Below are positions 34,906 through 44,125 of a stretch of DNA of 64,000 nt, one piece after another. Source of the stretch: an uncultured Pseudomonadota bacterium. GTDB lineage: Bacteria; Oederibacteriota; Muellerivitia; Muellerivitales; Muellerivitaceae. Positions within the stretch are counted from its first letter, which is position 1. The number at the start of each line of letters is the position of its first letter. The position numbers and the translations under genes are program-made. The stretch is from positions 256,001 to 320,000 of the forward strand of contig CAVYRH010000004.1 of NCBI GenBank assembly GCA_963770835.1, read 5' to 3'. Under the pieces are notes generated by a model. The model was not told the DNA's origin. It saw nothing but the letters and a program-made list of their open reading frames with translations, and did no database searches.

Positions 34906-36420
34906 GTGCTTTTTGACGTTTTGCCCCCGGATGAATACAACCAAAAGCTCCTCTCCCAGGTCCATCCGGCCGATTGGGTGAACCCGACGCCTTCGGGCCG
35001 CTACAACCTGGTGGTCCTCGGTGCCGGCACCGCCGGGCTTGTCTGCGCGGCCGGGGCCGCCGGCCTGGGGGCGAAGGTCGCTCTGATCGAGCGGCACCTG
35101 ATGGGCGGGGACTGCCTGAACGTGGGCTGCGTGCCTTCCAAGGCCCTTATCGCCTCCTCCCGGCTGATGGGGGAGTTTCTCAAGGCCGAATCCCTGGGGT
35201 GGAAAGTCACCGCCAAACCCGAGCCCGACTTCCCCAAGGTCATGGAGCGACTGCGGCGCATCCGCGCGGGGCTCAGCCCGAGTGATTCGGCCCAGCGGTT
35301 CAAGGAACTGGGGGTGGATGTCTTTATCGGGGAAGGCCGGTTCCTGGACTCCGAGACCATCGAAGTGGACGGAAAAAAGCTCAAGTTCAAGAAAGCCGTC
35401 ATTGCCACGGGCGCCAGGGCGGTTAAACCCAATATTGATGGGTTGGAAGAAGCAGGCTATCTGACCAATGAAACGGTCTTCAACCTCACGGTTTTGCCCA
35501 AAAAACTGGCGGTGATCGGAGGGGGGCCCATCGGATGTGAACTAGCCCAAGCTTTACGGCGGTTCGGAAGCGAAGTGACGATCCTGGACCACGGGCCCCG
35601 GTTCCTTCACCGGGAAGACCCGGACGCGGCGGTAATACTGAGGAAGGTCTTCGAAAGGGAGGGCATCAAGATCGTTTTGAACGTGGAGATTGAAAGGGTT
35701 GGTAAGACCACCAACGGAAAAGTCATCCATTACAAGACCAACGGCGCCCCCGGCTATGTGGCCGCCGATGAAATCCTGGCCGGGGTGGGGCGGGCCCCCA
35801 ACGTGGAGGGGCTCAACTTGGACTTGGTCGGCGTGCGGTACGACGAGTGGAAGGGTGTGGAGGTAGACGACCATCTTCGCACCTCCAATCCCCGTATCTT
35901 CGCGGGGGGCGATATCTGCTCGGAGTACAAATTCACCCACGCCGCCGACGCCATGGCACGGATCGTCCTGCGAAACGCCTTGTTTAAAGGAAGGGCCGCC
36001 CTCAGCGGACTCGTCGTTCCCCGGTGCACTTACACCGACCCAGAAATCGCCGGGGTGGGGTTGCATGGCCAGACGGCCTTGGAGATGAACATTCCCGCGG
36101 ATACCTATACCCAGTCCTTCGATCATGTTGACCGCGCCGTCGCCGAAGGGGAAGAGGAAGGTTTTGTCCGTATTCACCTGAAAAAAGGAACCGATCAAAT
36201 TGTAGCGGCCACCATCGTGGCTTCCCACGCGGGCGAAATGATCAGCGAGATCACCACCGCCATGGTTGGGAAAGTCGGGTTGGGAAAAATGGCCCAGGTC
36301 ATCCACCCTTATCCAACGCAGGCGGAGGCCATCAAGAAAATCGCGGACGCCTATAACCGGACCCGCCTCACCCCGCGCGTAAAAAAATTATTTCAGCGAT
36401 GGATGGAGTGGACGCGATAA
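34906..36420 (+). CDS. Pyridine nucleotide-disulfide oxidoreductase (lipoamide dehydrogenase/mercuric reductase-like)
   Basis: GAGTAG, GGDCLNVGCVPSK, GGGPIG, HPYPTQAE; no C-terminal Cys-Cys pair. Confidence 0.88.
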   Translation: MLFDVLPPDEYNQKLLSQVHPADWVNPTPSGRYNLVVLGAGTAGLVCAAGAAGLGAKVALIERHLMGGDCLNVGCVPSKALIASSRLMGEFLKAESLGWKVTAKPEPDFPKVMERLRRIRAGLSPSDSAQRFKELGVDVFIGEGRFLDSETIEVDGKKLKFKKAVIATGARAVKPNIDGLEEAGYLTNETVFNLTVLPKKLAVIGGGPIGCELAQALRRFGSEVTILDHGPRFLHREDPDAAVILRKVFEREGIKIVLNVEIERVGKTTNGKVIHYKTNGAPGYVAADEILAGVGRAPNVEGLNLDLVGVRYDEWKGVEVDDHLRTSNPRIFAGGDICSEYKFTHAADAMARIVLRNALFKGRAALSGLVVPRCTYTDPEIAGVGLHGQTALEMNIPADTYTQSFDHVDRAVAEGEEEGFVRIHLKKGTDQIVAATIVASHAGEMISEITTAMVGKVGLGKMAQVIHPYPTQAEAIKKIADAYNRTRLTPRVKKLFQRWMEWTR

Positions 36421-36504
36421 CGGCAGTTATCAGGTTTCATCTGCAAGTTATTAGTGAAAGGTGAAAACAACTGACACCTAATTGCTGACACCTGACGCCC
36501 GCCG
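36421..36504. repeat. 7-nt-period degenerate inverted repeat
   Basis: CAGTTAT-CAGGTTT ... CTGACAC-CTAATTG-CTGACAC-CTGACGC. Confidence 0.65.
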
Positions 36505-36513
36505 TTCTATAAT
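36485..36513 (+). promoter_or_regulatory. Sigma70-type promoter
   Basis: CTGACA-N17-TATAAT, 15 nt before the ATG at 36529. Confidence 0.65.
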
Positions 36514-36528
36514 GCGCCGTTCCAAAAA

Positions 36529-37167
36529 ATGAAAACCACCAACCTTTTCTTGAAATTCTCCTTCGCTTTGTCCTTCGGCCTGTTCGCGGCCGGTTCTTCC
36601 TGGTCCCAGGAAGATATCGCCTTCCATGCCTTGCGGGTCAAAGGCGAAGTTACGGCCTACCACAACGAAAACGACGAGACCGCCCGCCTTTACACCAATC
36701 AAACGGTGGATGACGGCGACAAGGTGACCACAGCGGGGGACAGCGAGGCGGTCCTTCGGATCAAGGACAAGACTTATCTTTACCTGGCCCCCCACACGAA
36801 GATCCACATCACGCGGCTGCGCCAAGGGGACAAGGGCCTCGAATGCCAGATCAACCTGGTGACCGGACGGATGCTCTGCCAGATGGACCAGGCTCCACCG
36901 GGGGCTTTTGAAGTGTCGGCGGGCAGCGTCCTTTTCCGCGAACACGGCACCCTTTTCGAGGTTTCGCGCCGGGAGGATGAGCTGACGGTCGTTTCCTTCG
37001 AGGGGGCGGTGGTGGCCAGTTTCCACGGAAAGACCAAGATGGCGAAGGACAACGAGGTCTTAAAACTGGACCACGGCAAATTCCGGAACAAGACCCACCA
37101 CCTGCAAAGGGACGAGCAGGATGACGTAAACGCCTGGCAGGCCCTTTTGGCCCAAATTTCCAAGTAA
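36529..37167 (+). CDS. Exported FecR-domain protein
   Basis: Signal peptide; GDKVTTAGDSEAVL, HGTLFEV, VVSFEGAV. Confidence 0.75.
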   Translation: MKTTNLFLKFSFALSFGLFAAGSSWSQEDIAFHALRVKGEVTAYHNENDETARLYTNQTVDDGDKVTTAGDSEAVLRIKDKTYLYLAPHTKIHITRLRQGDKGLECQINLVTGRMLCQMDQAPPGAFEVSAGSVLFREHGTLFEVSRREDELTVVSFEGAVVASFHGKTKMAKDNEVLKLDHGKFRNKTHHLQRDEQDDVNAWQALLAQISK

Positions 37168-37296
37168 AACCTGAGCCCTACTCCCGATCGCACGATTTAA
37201 CACCGCTATCAGCCGAAATCGCCTATACTTCCTTCATCCAAAAAATGACAAGTAACCCCTGAACAGGTGTTGCGGGTCTTTCGCAAGGGGTTTTTC

Positions 37297-38358
37297 ATGG
37301 CTTTTCTAAATCGGGTCCTTGACCCTCCATCTTACGGGTATCTCCGCGACGAGAAACTTTACGTTCCTACTTCCGCCGAAATTTTCCGCGAGTTTTTCAC
37401 AAGGCTGAACCTACTCAAATCCCGCAAGAATTGGCTCCCCTTTTTCGGTTGGGCCATCATTTTGTGTTTGGCCCCCTTTTTCTTCCTCTTCCTTTTCCGC
37501 TATTTCACCTGGCCCCTTTTCATCATTGGTTTTATTTACAGCATGGTCATCCTGGGAACCCATGGAACTATTTACCTCCACCGCTACTCCACCCACCACG
37601 CCTTCACTGTCCGCAACCGCTTCTGGCTTTTTATCCTCCGCAACTTGGTCGTTAAGCTTATCCCAGAGGAGACTTACGTTGTGTCGCACCATGTGCACCA
37701 CTATATTTCGGAAAAGCCGGGCGACCCCTACAACGTCCACGGGGGCTGGCTTTACTGCTTCCTGGCTGACGTGACCCACCAGTCCATCGCCAAGGATTTC
37801 TCAAGGGAAGATTACACCAAGACGGCGGCCTTGGTTGGCCATACGGGCATAGGCTTGAACAGCTATGAAAAGTACCAAAAATGGGGTTCCATCGCCCACC
37901 CGGCGAGGACCCTCCTGCAATTCCTCGGCAATTGGATATTCTGGTTCGGGGCCTTTTACCTGATGGGCGGCATGCCACTAGCGGTGACAATTTTCGGATG
38001 GTCGGCTGTTTGGGCCGTGGGGGTCCGGACCTTCAATTACGACGGCCATGGGGGCGGCAAGGACAAGCGCAAGGAAGGCATCGATTTCAACCGCAGCGAC
38101 CTTTCCATCAACCAGGCTTGGCCTGGCCTGGTAACCGGGGAATGGCATAACAACCACCATCTCTATCCCAACGGCATCCGGGCCGGGTTCCTGCCCTACC
38201 AATGGGATTACGCCTGGCTTTTTATTTGTTTCTACCGCTGGATCGGGGCTATCGACTCCACCCGGGATTATAAAAACCAGTTCATGGCCAATTACTACGA
38301 GCCTTATTTACACCAAAAAGGACTTGCCAAGGCCGTTGAAAGCCCCACCCGCTCCTAG
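37297..38358 (+). CDS. Membrane fatty acid desaturase
   Basis: His boxes HRYSTH, HHVHH, HNNHH; TM segments. Confidence 0.88.
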   Translation: MAFLNRVLDPPSYGYLRDEKLYVPTSAEIFREFFTRLNLLKSRKNWLPFFGWAIILCLAPFFFLFLFRYFTWPLFIIGFIYSMVILGTHGTIYLHRYSTHHAFTVRNRFWLFILRNLVVKLIPEETYVVSHHVHHYISEKPGDPYNVHGGWLYCFLADVTHQSIAKDFSREDYTKTAALVGHTGIGLNSYEKYQKWGSIAHPARTLLQFLGNWIFWFGAFYLMGGMPLAVTIFGWSAVWAVGVRTFNYDGHGGGKDKRKEGIDFNRSDLSINQAWPGLVTGEWHNNHHLYPNGIRAGFLPYQWDYAWLFICFYRWIGAIDSTRDYKNQFMANYYEPYLHQKGLAKAVESPTRS

Positions 38359-38379
38359 TTTCAGGCCATTCAATCCTTC

Positions 38380-38408
38380 TTGACTCTCCCTTTAAATCAT
38401 CCGACAAT
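38380..38408 (+). promoter_or_regulatory. Sigma70-type promoter of the ABC-F gene
   Basis: TTGACT-N17-GACAAT. Confidence 0.55.
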
Positions 38409-38419
38409 TGCGCCCCTAA

Positions 38420-38454
38420 CGGCAGTCGCCCGTCCTCCGTCGGCGGTCGGCAGC
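38420..38454 (+). repeat. 7-nt tandem array in a 5' leader
   Basis: CGGCAGT-CGCCCGT-CCTCCGT-CGGCGGT-CGGCAGC. Confidence 0.55.
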
Positions 38455-38481
38455 CCAACCTAAACTACTAAGGCAGCAAAG

Positions 38482-40152
38482 ATGATTTCGGCGAAAGAAG
38501 TCACCCTCAAGTTCGGCAAAAAAGTCCTTTTCGACAAGGTGACGGTTAAATTCAACCCCGGCTACTGCTATGGCCTCATCGGGGCCAACGGCGCGGGCAA
38601 ATCCACCTTTATGAAAATCCTGGCCGGCCAGATCAAGCCCGACGACGGCGAGATCGCGGTGGACCGCGGCGTCAAAGTGGCCATGCTCAAGCAAGACCAA
38701 TACGCCTTCGACGAGTACAGTGTCCTGGACACGGTCCTCATGGGCCGGGAAGACCTCTGGAAGATCCAGCAGGAAAAAGACGCCCTTTACGCCAAGCCCC
38801 ACATGACCCATGACGAGGGCATCCGGGTGGCCGAATTGGAGTCCCAGTTCGGGGATATGGACGGCTACGCCATGACTGCCGGGGCCGGGGAACTGCTGGA
38901 AGGCCTGGGGGTGGAGACCGGTAAGCACGACTGGAAAATGAAACAGCTGACGGGGGGCTGGAAAGTCCGGGTGCTTTTGGCCCAGGTGCTTTACGCCAAG
39001 CCCGATGTGCTGCTTTTGGACGAACCCACCAACAACCTGGATATCCGCACCATCGACTGGCTGGAAGACTACCTGAACGGCTACGACGGCACCATCATCG
39101 TCATCTCCCATGACCGGCACTTCCTGAACCACATCTGCACCCATATCGCCGACGTGGACCGGGAGAAGGTGACGGTTTACAGCGGCAATTACGATTTCTT
39201 CACCCAGGCTTCCAAGCAGGCCCTGGACAGCAAGATGACGGAAAACTCACGCAAGGAAAAACAAATCGCCGAGTTGAAGGCCTTCGTGGCCCGGTTCTCG
39301 GCCAACGCCAGCAAGAGCGCCCAGGCCACCAGCCGGGCCCGGCTACTGGAAAAAATCGAGCTGGAAACCATCATTCCCTCCACCCGGCAGTACCCCCGGC
39401 TTTTTTTCAAGGAAAAGCAGCCGGCGGGCAAAGACATCCTAAACGTGAAAAGCATCAGCAAGGCCTATGGCGACCTGAAGGTCTTGAAGAAGGTCAGTTT
39501 CATCGTGGGCAACGGCGACAAGGTCGCCATCATCGGGCCCAACGGCGTGGGAAAAACCACTCTCATTAAATGTTTGGTAGGGTCTTATCATGCCGAAGGT
39601 TCCACCCTGGCCCAATGGGGCGTGAAGGTGGACGAGGGACAAGCGGTTTGGGGAAGCACGGTGAAGCTTTCCTCCATGCCCCAGGACGTGAAAGAGGAAT
39701 TGACCCGTGACATGACGGCCTTGGAGTGGCTCCGCCAGTTCGACACTCTGGCCGAGGGCCAGGTGATCCGCGGCATGTTGGGAAGGATGCTTTTTTCCGG
39801 CGAGGAACAGGACAAGAACGTGAAGGTGCTTTCCGGGGGCGAGTGCCAGCGCATGGTGCTGTCGCGGCTTATGCTGGAGGGGGGCAACGTGCTGATCCTG
39901 GACGAACCCACCAACCACATGGACCTGGAATCCATCGAATCCCTCAGCACGGCGCTTTCCGAATACACCGGGACGGTTGTTTTTTCCTCCCACGACCAGG
40001 ACTTGATCGGCAAGGTGGCCACCCGCATCCTGGAACTGAAAATGGACGGAACCTACACCGACTTCAAGGGAAGCTATGCCGAGTACGAGGAATGGACAGC
40101 GGCGGAAGCCAAGCGCGCCAAGGAAGCGGCCAAGAGCGGATCCAAGAAATAA
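38482..40152 (+). CDS. ABC-F family ATP-binding protein (YbiT-like)
   Basis: Two ABC domains (GANGAGKST, LDEPTNNLD; GPNGVGKTT, LSGGE, LDEPTNH); RFSANASK linker; no TM segments. Confidence 0.9.
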   Translation: MISAKEVTLKFGKKVLFDKVTVKFNPGYCYGLIGANGAGKSTFMKILAGQIKPDDGEIAVDRGVKVAMLKQDQYAFDEYSVLDTVLMGREDLWKIQQEKDALYAKPHMTHDEGIRVAELESQFGDMDGYAMTAGAGELLEGLGVETGKHDWKMKQLTGGWKVRVLLAQVLYAKPDVLLLDEPTNNLDIRTIDWLEDYLNGYDGTIIVISHDRHFLNHICTHIADVDREKVTVYSGNYDFFTQASKQALDSKMTENSRKEKQIAELKAFVARFSANASKSAQATSRARLLEKIELETIIPSTRQYPRLFFKEKQPAGKDILNVKSISKAYGDLKVLKKVSFIVGNGDKVAIIGPNGVGKTTLIKCLVGSYHAEGSTLAQWGVKVDEGQAVWGSTVKLSSMPQDVKEELTRDMTALEWLRQFDTLAEGQVIRGMLGRMLFSGEEQDKNVKVLSGGECQRMVLSRLMLEGGNVLILDEPTNHMDLESIESLSTALSEYTGTVVFSSHDQDLIGKVATRILELKMDGTYTDFKGSYAEYEEWTAAEAKRAKEAAKSGSKK

Positions 40153-40193
40153 AAAGTGGGACCACCGCTGTTTCTCCGGGACACTCCCTAAAC

Positions 40194-40652
40194 CTATGAT
40201 TGCTTCTTGATGCGGGATTTGCGGGCCATTTGGGCGCGGATTTCCTCGGCGATCCAGGGGTTGGCCATCAGGATCCCCTTAAAATCCGCCTTGTGCAGGA
40301 AGAACAGCTCACAAGCGGTTTCGGCCTTGACGGTGGCCGATCGCGGCGCGTCGCTGATGAGGGCGGTTTCCCCGAAATAATCGAGGGGTTGGAGTTCGGT
40401 CGCCTTTTTTTCCACAAAGCCTTTGCGGACCCAGAAGGAAAGGCGGCCCTTGGACACAATGAAAAAGGTATCGCCCGGGTCCCCCTGTTTAAAGACGGTG
40501 AAGCCGGCGGGGACCGTCAGCTTTTTCATGGCCGACATGAGCTTTTCCAGCTCCGGCATCTTCAGCCGGTCCAGGAAAAAGGTCCCCTGCAGGCAATCCC
40601 TCAAGCGACGGATATCCTCCAAGGCTTTCTTTGTCGCATCCTCCGCAGACAT
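40194..40652 (-). CDS. Cyclic nucleotide-binding domain protein
   Basis: VFKQGDPGDTFFIV, YFGETAL, PRSATV; SD AGGGAGG before MSAED. Confidence 0.85.
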   Translation of the reverse strand: MSAEDATKKALEDIRRLRDCLQGTFFLDRLKMPELEKLMSAMKKLTVPAGFTVFKQGDPGDTFFIVSKGRLSFWVRKGFVEKKATELQPLDYFGETALISDAPRSATVKAETACELFFLHKADFKGILMANPWIAEEIRAQMARKSRIKKQS

Positions 40653-40770
40653 GGTTCCTCCCTGTAAAGTTATTGAGCAAGAAATATACCAGCACGGGCA
40701 GAAGCAATCGAGTGGGATGTTTTTAAGGGCAAAATCCGTATAATAGCAGCACTTTGAATTGGGAGGATTT

Positions 40771-41085
40771 ATGGCGGAGAACGATTGGCAGTCAAGGTTG
40801 AAAACCGGGCGCAACGACGAGTGCCCTTGCGGTTCGGGAAAGAAATACAAAAAGTGCCACCTGCAGGCCGACGAAAAGGCCCAAAGCGCGGCTTTGACAA
40901 AAGTCAACGATGAGGCAGCCAAGAAGGCCAAGGCCGAAGAACACGACCATGACCACGATCACCATGGCCATTACCACCCCCACGAACACGGGCACAAGCA
41001 CGACTACGGAAGCCATATCCCCAAACCGGGCTCCCCGGTGGTGCACCAGGTCAGCGCGCCCCGCAAGGCCGGCGGGGGATCTTAA
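40771..41085 (+). CDS. SEC-C motif protein with a His-rich tract
   Basis: [46 protein letters not shown]. Confidence 0.85.
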   Translation: MAENDWQSRLKTGRNDECPCGSGKKYKKCHLQADEKAQSAALTKVNDEAAKKAKAEEHDHDHDHHGHYHPHEHGHKHDYGSHIPKPGSPVVHQVSAPRKAGGGS

Positions 41086-41089
41086 GACC

Positions 41090-41120
41090 AATTAGGAATT
41101 TAAATTCCTAATTCCTAACT
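41090..41120. repeat. Perfect 24-bp palindrome built on a TTCCTAA 7-mer
   Basis: AATTAGGAATTTAAATTCCTAATT followed by CCTAACT. Confidence 0.6.
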
Positions 41121-41163
41121 GTGTGAAAGCGGCGAAAAACTCCAATTATCCAAGGAGCTTCAA

Positions 41164-41553
41164 ATGTCTAAACGGGAAAATATAAGTACTGGCTCCAAGT
41201 GGGAGCCTATCTTGGGTTATTCCCGCGCCGTGAAGGTGGGCAATTACGTCCATGTCTCCGGTACCACGGGCAGCGGACCCGACGGCAAGATCGTTGGCGT
41301 AGGCGATCCTTACGCGCAAACCGTGCAAGCCGTGAAAAACCTCCAAGCCGGCTTGCAGAAGGCGGGGGCCGACTTGAAAAACGTGGTGCGTACCCGCCTT
41401 TTTGTGACCAAAATCAGCGAGTGGGAAAAATTCGGGAAGGCCCATGGCGAATTCTTCGGGGACATCCGGCCGGCCATGACCATCGTGGAGGTGGCCAAGC
41501 TGATCGACTCCGAGATGATGATCGAGATCGAAGCCGATGCTTATCTTGGGTAA
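41164..41553 (+). CDS. RidA/YjgF family protein
   Basis: [27 protein letters not shown]. Confidence 0.9.
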   Translation: MSKRENISTGSKWEPILGYSRAVKVGNYVHVSGTTGSGPDGKIVGVGDPYAQTVQAVKNLQAGLQKAGADLKNVVRTRLFVTKISEWEKFGKAHGEFFGDIRPAMTIVEVAKLIDSEMMIEIEADAYLG

Positions 41554-41618
41554 AAATATTTTTTAAACGCGGACATAGAATCGAAAAATATTTAAGTTGC
41601 GTATAAAGGTGGAGATCC

Positions 41619-42767
41619 ATGAGCTCCTGCCCCAACTGTAAACAAGCCTTAATCCGGAAACAAAGCGCCTACGGCATTTTCTGGGCCTGCGAGGAATGCA
41701 ACCGCTGGTTGATCGGCCTCCCCATCCTCCGGCGCACGATCGAAACGGCTTTCTTCGGGCGCCTTTGGCAGGAAGTTCGCCGCAGCGGCGAAGGTTTGGG
41801 ACCTCCCTGTTTGATGTGCTCCAAACCCATGAACCGGGTCTTCTTGGAAAATTCTAACACCCCCCTCACTCCGCTGATTTGCAAGGTCTGCAATGTGGCC
41901 TGGCTGAGCCCCGAGGAAAGGGTCCTTTTACCCGTCCAGGCGGCCCCCGAACCAGCCCAACCCGAACCGGAAAAGACAGAACCGGCCTTGCCCCCGGAAG
42001 CCGCCCGGTTGCTCGCCCTTCACCAGGTGGAAGTGATCGCGGAAAACGCCAAGCGCGAAAACCAGTTCGACGCCTCGCACCTTCCCATGTGGCAGAAATT
42101 TCTGGCCGCCTTGGGGTTCCCCGTGGAGGACAGCTGGGAGGAATCCCACGCCTTTCCCTGGGTGACCGCCTTGGTGGTCCTGCTCACCAGCGCAACCAGC
42201 CTCTATTTTTTCACCGACTTCAAGGCCTCGGTGGACGCCTATGGGTTTATCCCCACCGAGTTCGACCGGATGAACTACCTCACCTTCCTCACCTGTTTTT
42301 TCGTCCACGGTAATTGGCTGCACTTGGTCGGCAACATGTACTTTCTATTCACCTTCGGCCGCGGCGTGGAGGCCAAGATCGGCGGCTTGGGCATCCTGGC
42401 CCTCCTGATCCTGGCCACCATCGGTGGCTGCCTTTTCACACTCTGCTTCAACCCCGATTCCGATATCCCCAATATCGGCGCCAGCGGGGGGATTGCCGGT
42501 GTCCTCCTTTTTTACGGTTTTGCCTTTCCCCACCGGCGGCTGGTTTTTAGGATGGGGACACCTATGATCGGTAATGGGCAACTGATCCGCCTGCCCGCCG
42601 TTGCGGTTTTGGCGATTTGGGTCGGCCTTCAGGTTTTGGGTATATTTAACCAGCATGGTAGCGGGGTGGCTTATTCAGGCCACTTGGGAGGCCTGCTGGC
42701 GGGGCTGGCTTTCTGGCTTTTGTGGCGTTGGAAAAACAGCGGTGGGTTGATCAAGGTTCAGGAATAA
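41619..42767 (+). CDS. Rhomboid intramembrane serine protease with N-terminal zinc ribbons
   Basis: HLVGNM, GASG, HLGG; CPNC, CEEC, CLMC, CKVC. Confidence 0.88.
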   Translation: MSSCPNCKQALIRKQSAYGIFWACEECNRWLIGLPILRRTIETAFFGRLWQEVRRSGEGLGPPCLMCSKPMNRVFLENSNTPLTPLICKVCNVAWLSPEERVLLPVQAAPEPAQPEPEKTEPALPPEAARLLALHQVEVIAENAKRENQFDASHLPMWQKFLAALGFPVEDSWEESHAFPWVTALVVLLTSATSLYFFTDFKASVDAYGFIPTEFDRMNYLTFLTCFFVHGNWLHLVGNMYFLFTFGRGVEAKIGGLGILALLILATIGGCLFTLCFNPDSDIPNIGASGGIAGVLLFYGFAFPHRRLVFRMGTPMIGNGQLIRLPAVAVLAIWVGLQVLGIFNQHGSGVAYSGHLGGLLAGLAFWLLWRWKNSGGLIKVQE

Positions 42768-42785
42768 TTCTTCAAGGGAGGGAAT

Positions 42786-43178
42786 ATGAAAAGTGTTTTA
42801 CTGGTGGCGGTTCTCGTCTTACCTTGGCTGGCGATCGGGTGTGGGGATTCCCATTCCAACATGGGGCCGGACCCCAGTTTAGAGACAGCCTATGGCCTGG
42901 CGCTGAAGGGCAAATATGACGAAACAGCTGATTTTTTCAGCGATGATGTCCTTAATTACATGAAACTTCACCCGGAAATGACCCTGCAAACCCTTTGGGC
43001 CGACCGCTTGAACAACGGTTCGGTGAAAGGCATCAAGATCATTGAGCACACCCTCGGCGAGAAGGATTGTGACTTCAAGTTCATGTTATTCACCAACGAG
43101 GGGATGGCCGACGGGGAGGACGACATGGTATTCGAGAAAGGGATGTGGAAGTTCAACACGATGAAGCGGATACGGTAA
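42786..43178 (+). CDS. Putative lipoprotein (possibly NTF2-like)
   Basis: Lipobox-like AIGC; C-terminal MVFEKGMWK; SD GGGAGG. Confidence 0.65.
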   Translation: MKSVLLVAVLVLPWLAIGCGDSHSNMGPDPSLETAYGLALKGKYDETADFFSDDVLNYMKLHPEMTLQTLWADRLNNGSVKGIKIIEHTLGEKDCDFKFMLFTNEGMADGEDDMVFEKGMWKFNTMKRIR

Positions 43179-43226
43179 AGGCGGCCGGCCGTCGAAAGCT
43201 GACAGCGACGGACAGCAACGGCCGGG

Positions 43227-44009
43227 TCAGGGCAAATTCGCGGCCAACGTCCCGGTCTTTCCTTTGGCCAGCTTAGGGGTGGACTTCTGAAGAAGGTTGG
43301 CAATAAGGGGAACCACCGCGATATCGGGTTTCTTCATCTCGCGGCGAAGATTCTCAAAGGTCGTCTCCGGCCATCCTTGTTGGAAGAAATTCACCAGCCA
43401 TTTTGGGACGCCGCCCTTGGGGTCGCAATGGACTTCGGCGTCCACGTAGGTTTGGCCCGGTAGGGACATGGGTACCATCTTGAACACGCAGGTCATCACG
43501 CCCCGCGTGTATTTCCTCAGGACCGGAGCCTGGTCGTCCTCGGCGGGAAGGTAGCTGACGGTCAGGTGCTGGGAGGAGGGATCGTAATCCACCGTCACAT
43601 GGGAGACGAAATCCCGGTCCGACATGACAGTGTCGAACGGGAAGGGGATGCCCACGTGGTCGTACTCAATGAACTCAGTGGACGTAAGGTTGCGAACGAC
43701 TTTGGAAGACACCAGACTGTCGATCCATTCGGTTCCCCGGGTGGTATCCACGATGACCGAAGCCACTTTATCTATCGGTTCGTCCACGATGCCGTCGCCC
43801 TTGAAGGCGATGACCTGGCTTCCCTCTACTTTGGACCAGTAAATGGTCAGCCCGTCGGTTTCACAGGATTTTTGCCAGTGGAAGTCCGTATCCTTGTGCG
43901 CGACCAACAAAGGGTCGACGATCGAAGTAACGCCCGCCGAAGTTTCCGCCCAACCGCTTCCAGCGGCCAGGGAGCCCACCAGCAATCCGAAGATAAGATG
44001 TTTTTTCAT
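43227..44009 (-). CDS. Exported START-domain lipid-binding protein
   Basis: Signal peptide; PFP...SDRDFV, DPKGGVPKWLVN. Confidence 0.85.
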   Translation of the reverse strand: MKKHLIFGLLVGSLAAGSGWAETSAGVTSIVDPLLVAHKDTDFHWQKSCETDGLTIYWSKVEGSQVIAFKGDGIVDEPIDKVASVIVDTTRGTEWIDSLVSSKVVRNLTSTEFIEYDHVGIPFPFDTVMSDRDFVSHVTVDYDPSSQHLTVSYLPAEDDQAPVLRKYTRGVMTCVFKMVPMSLPGQTYVDAEVHCDPKGGVPKWLVNFFQQGWPETTFENLRREMKKPDIAVVPLIANLLQKSTPKLAKGKTGTLAANLP

Positions 44010-44125
44010 GGGGGACCTCGATAATTGAAATCGGCAAATAATAACGCGCGGGCCGGCGAAATTCCAAGTTATTTAGGTATCAAGAAGGCGGTTGACCGTG
44101 TTAGGGGATGATAACCGGGAGAGAC

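Noticed and set aside
34906..36420. merA / mercury resistance
   Set aside because: No C-terminal Cys-Cys, no N-terminal metal-binding domain and no other mer genes.
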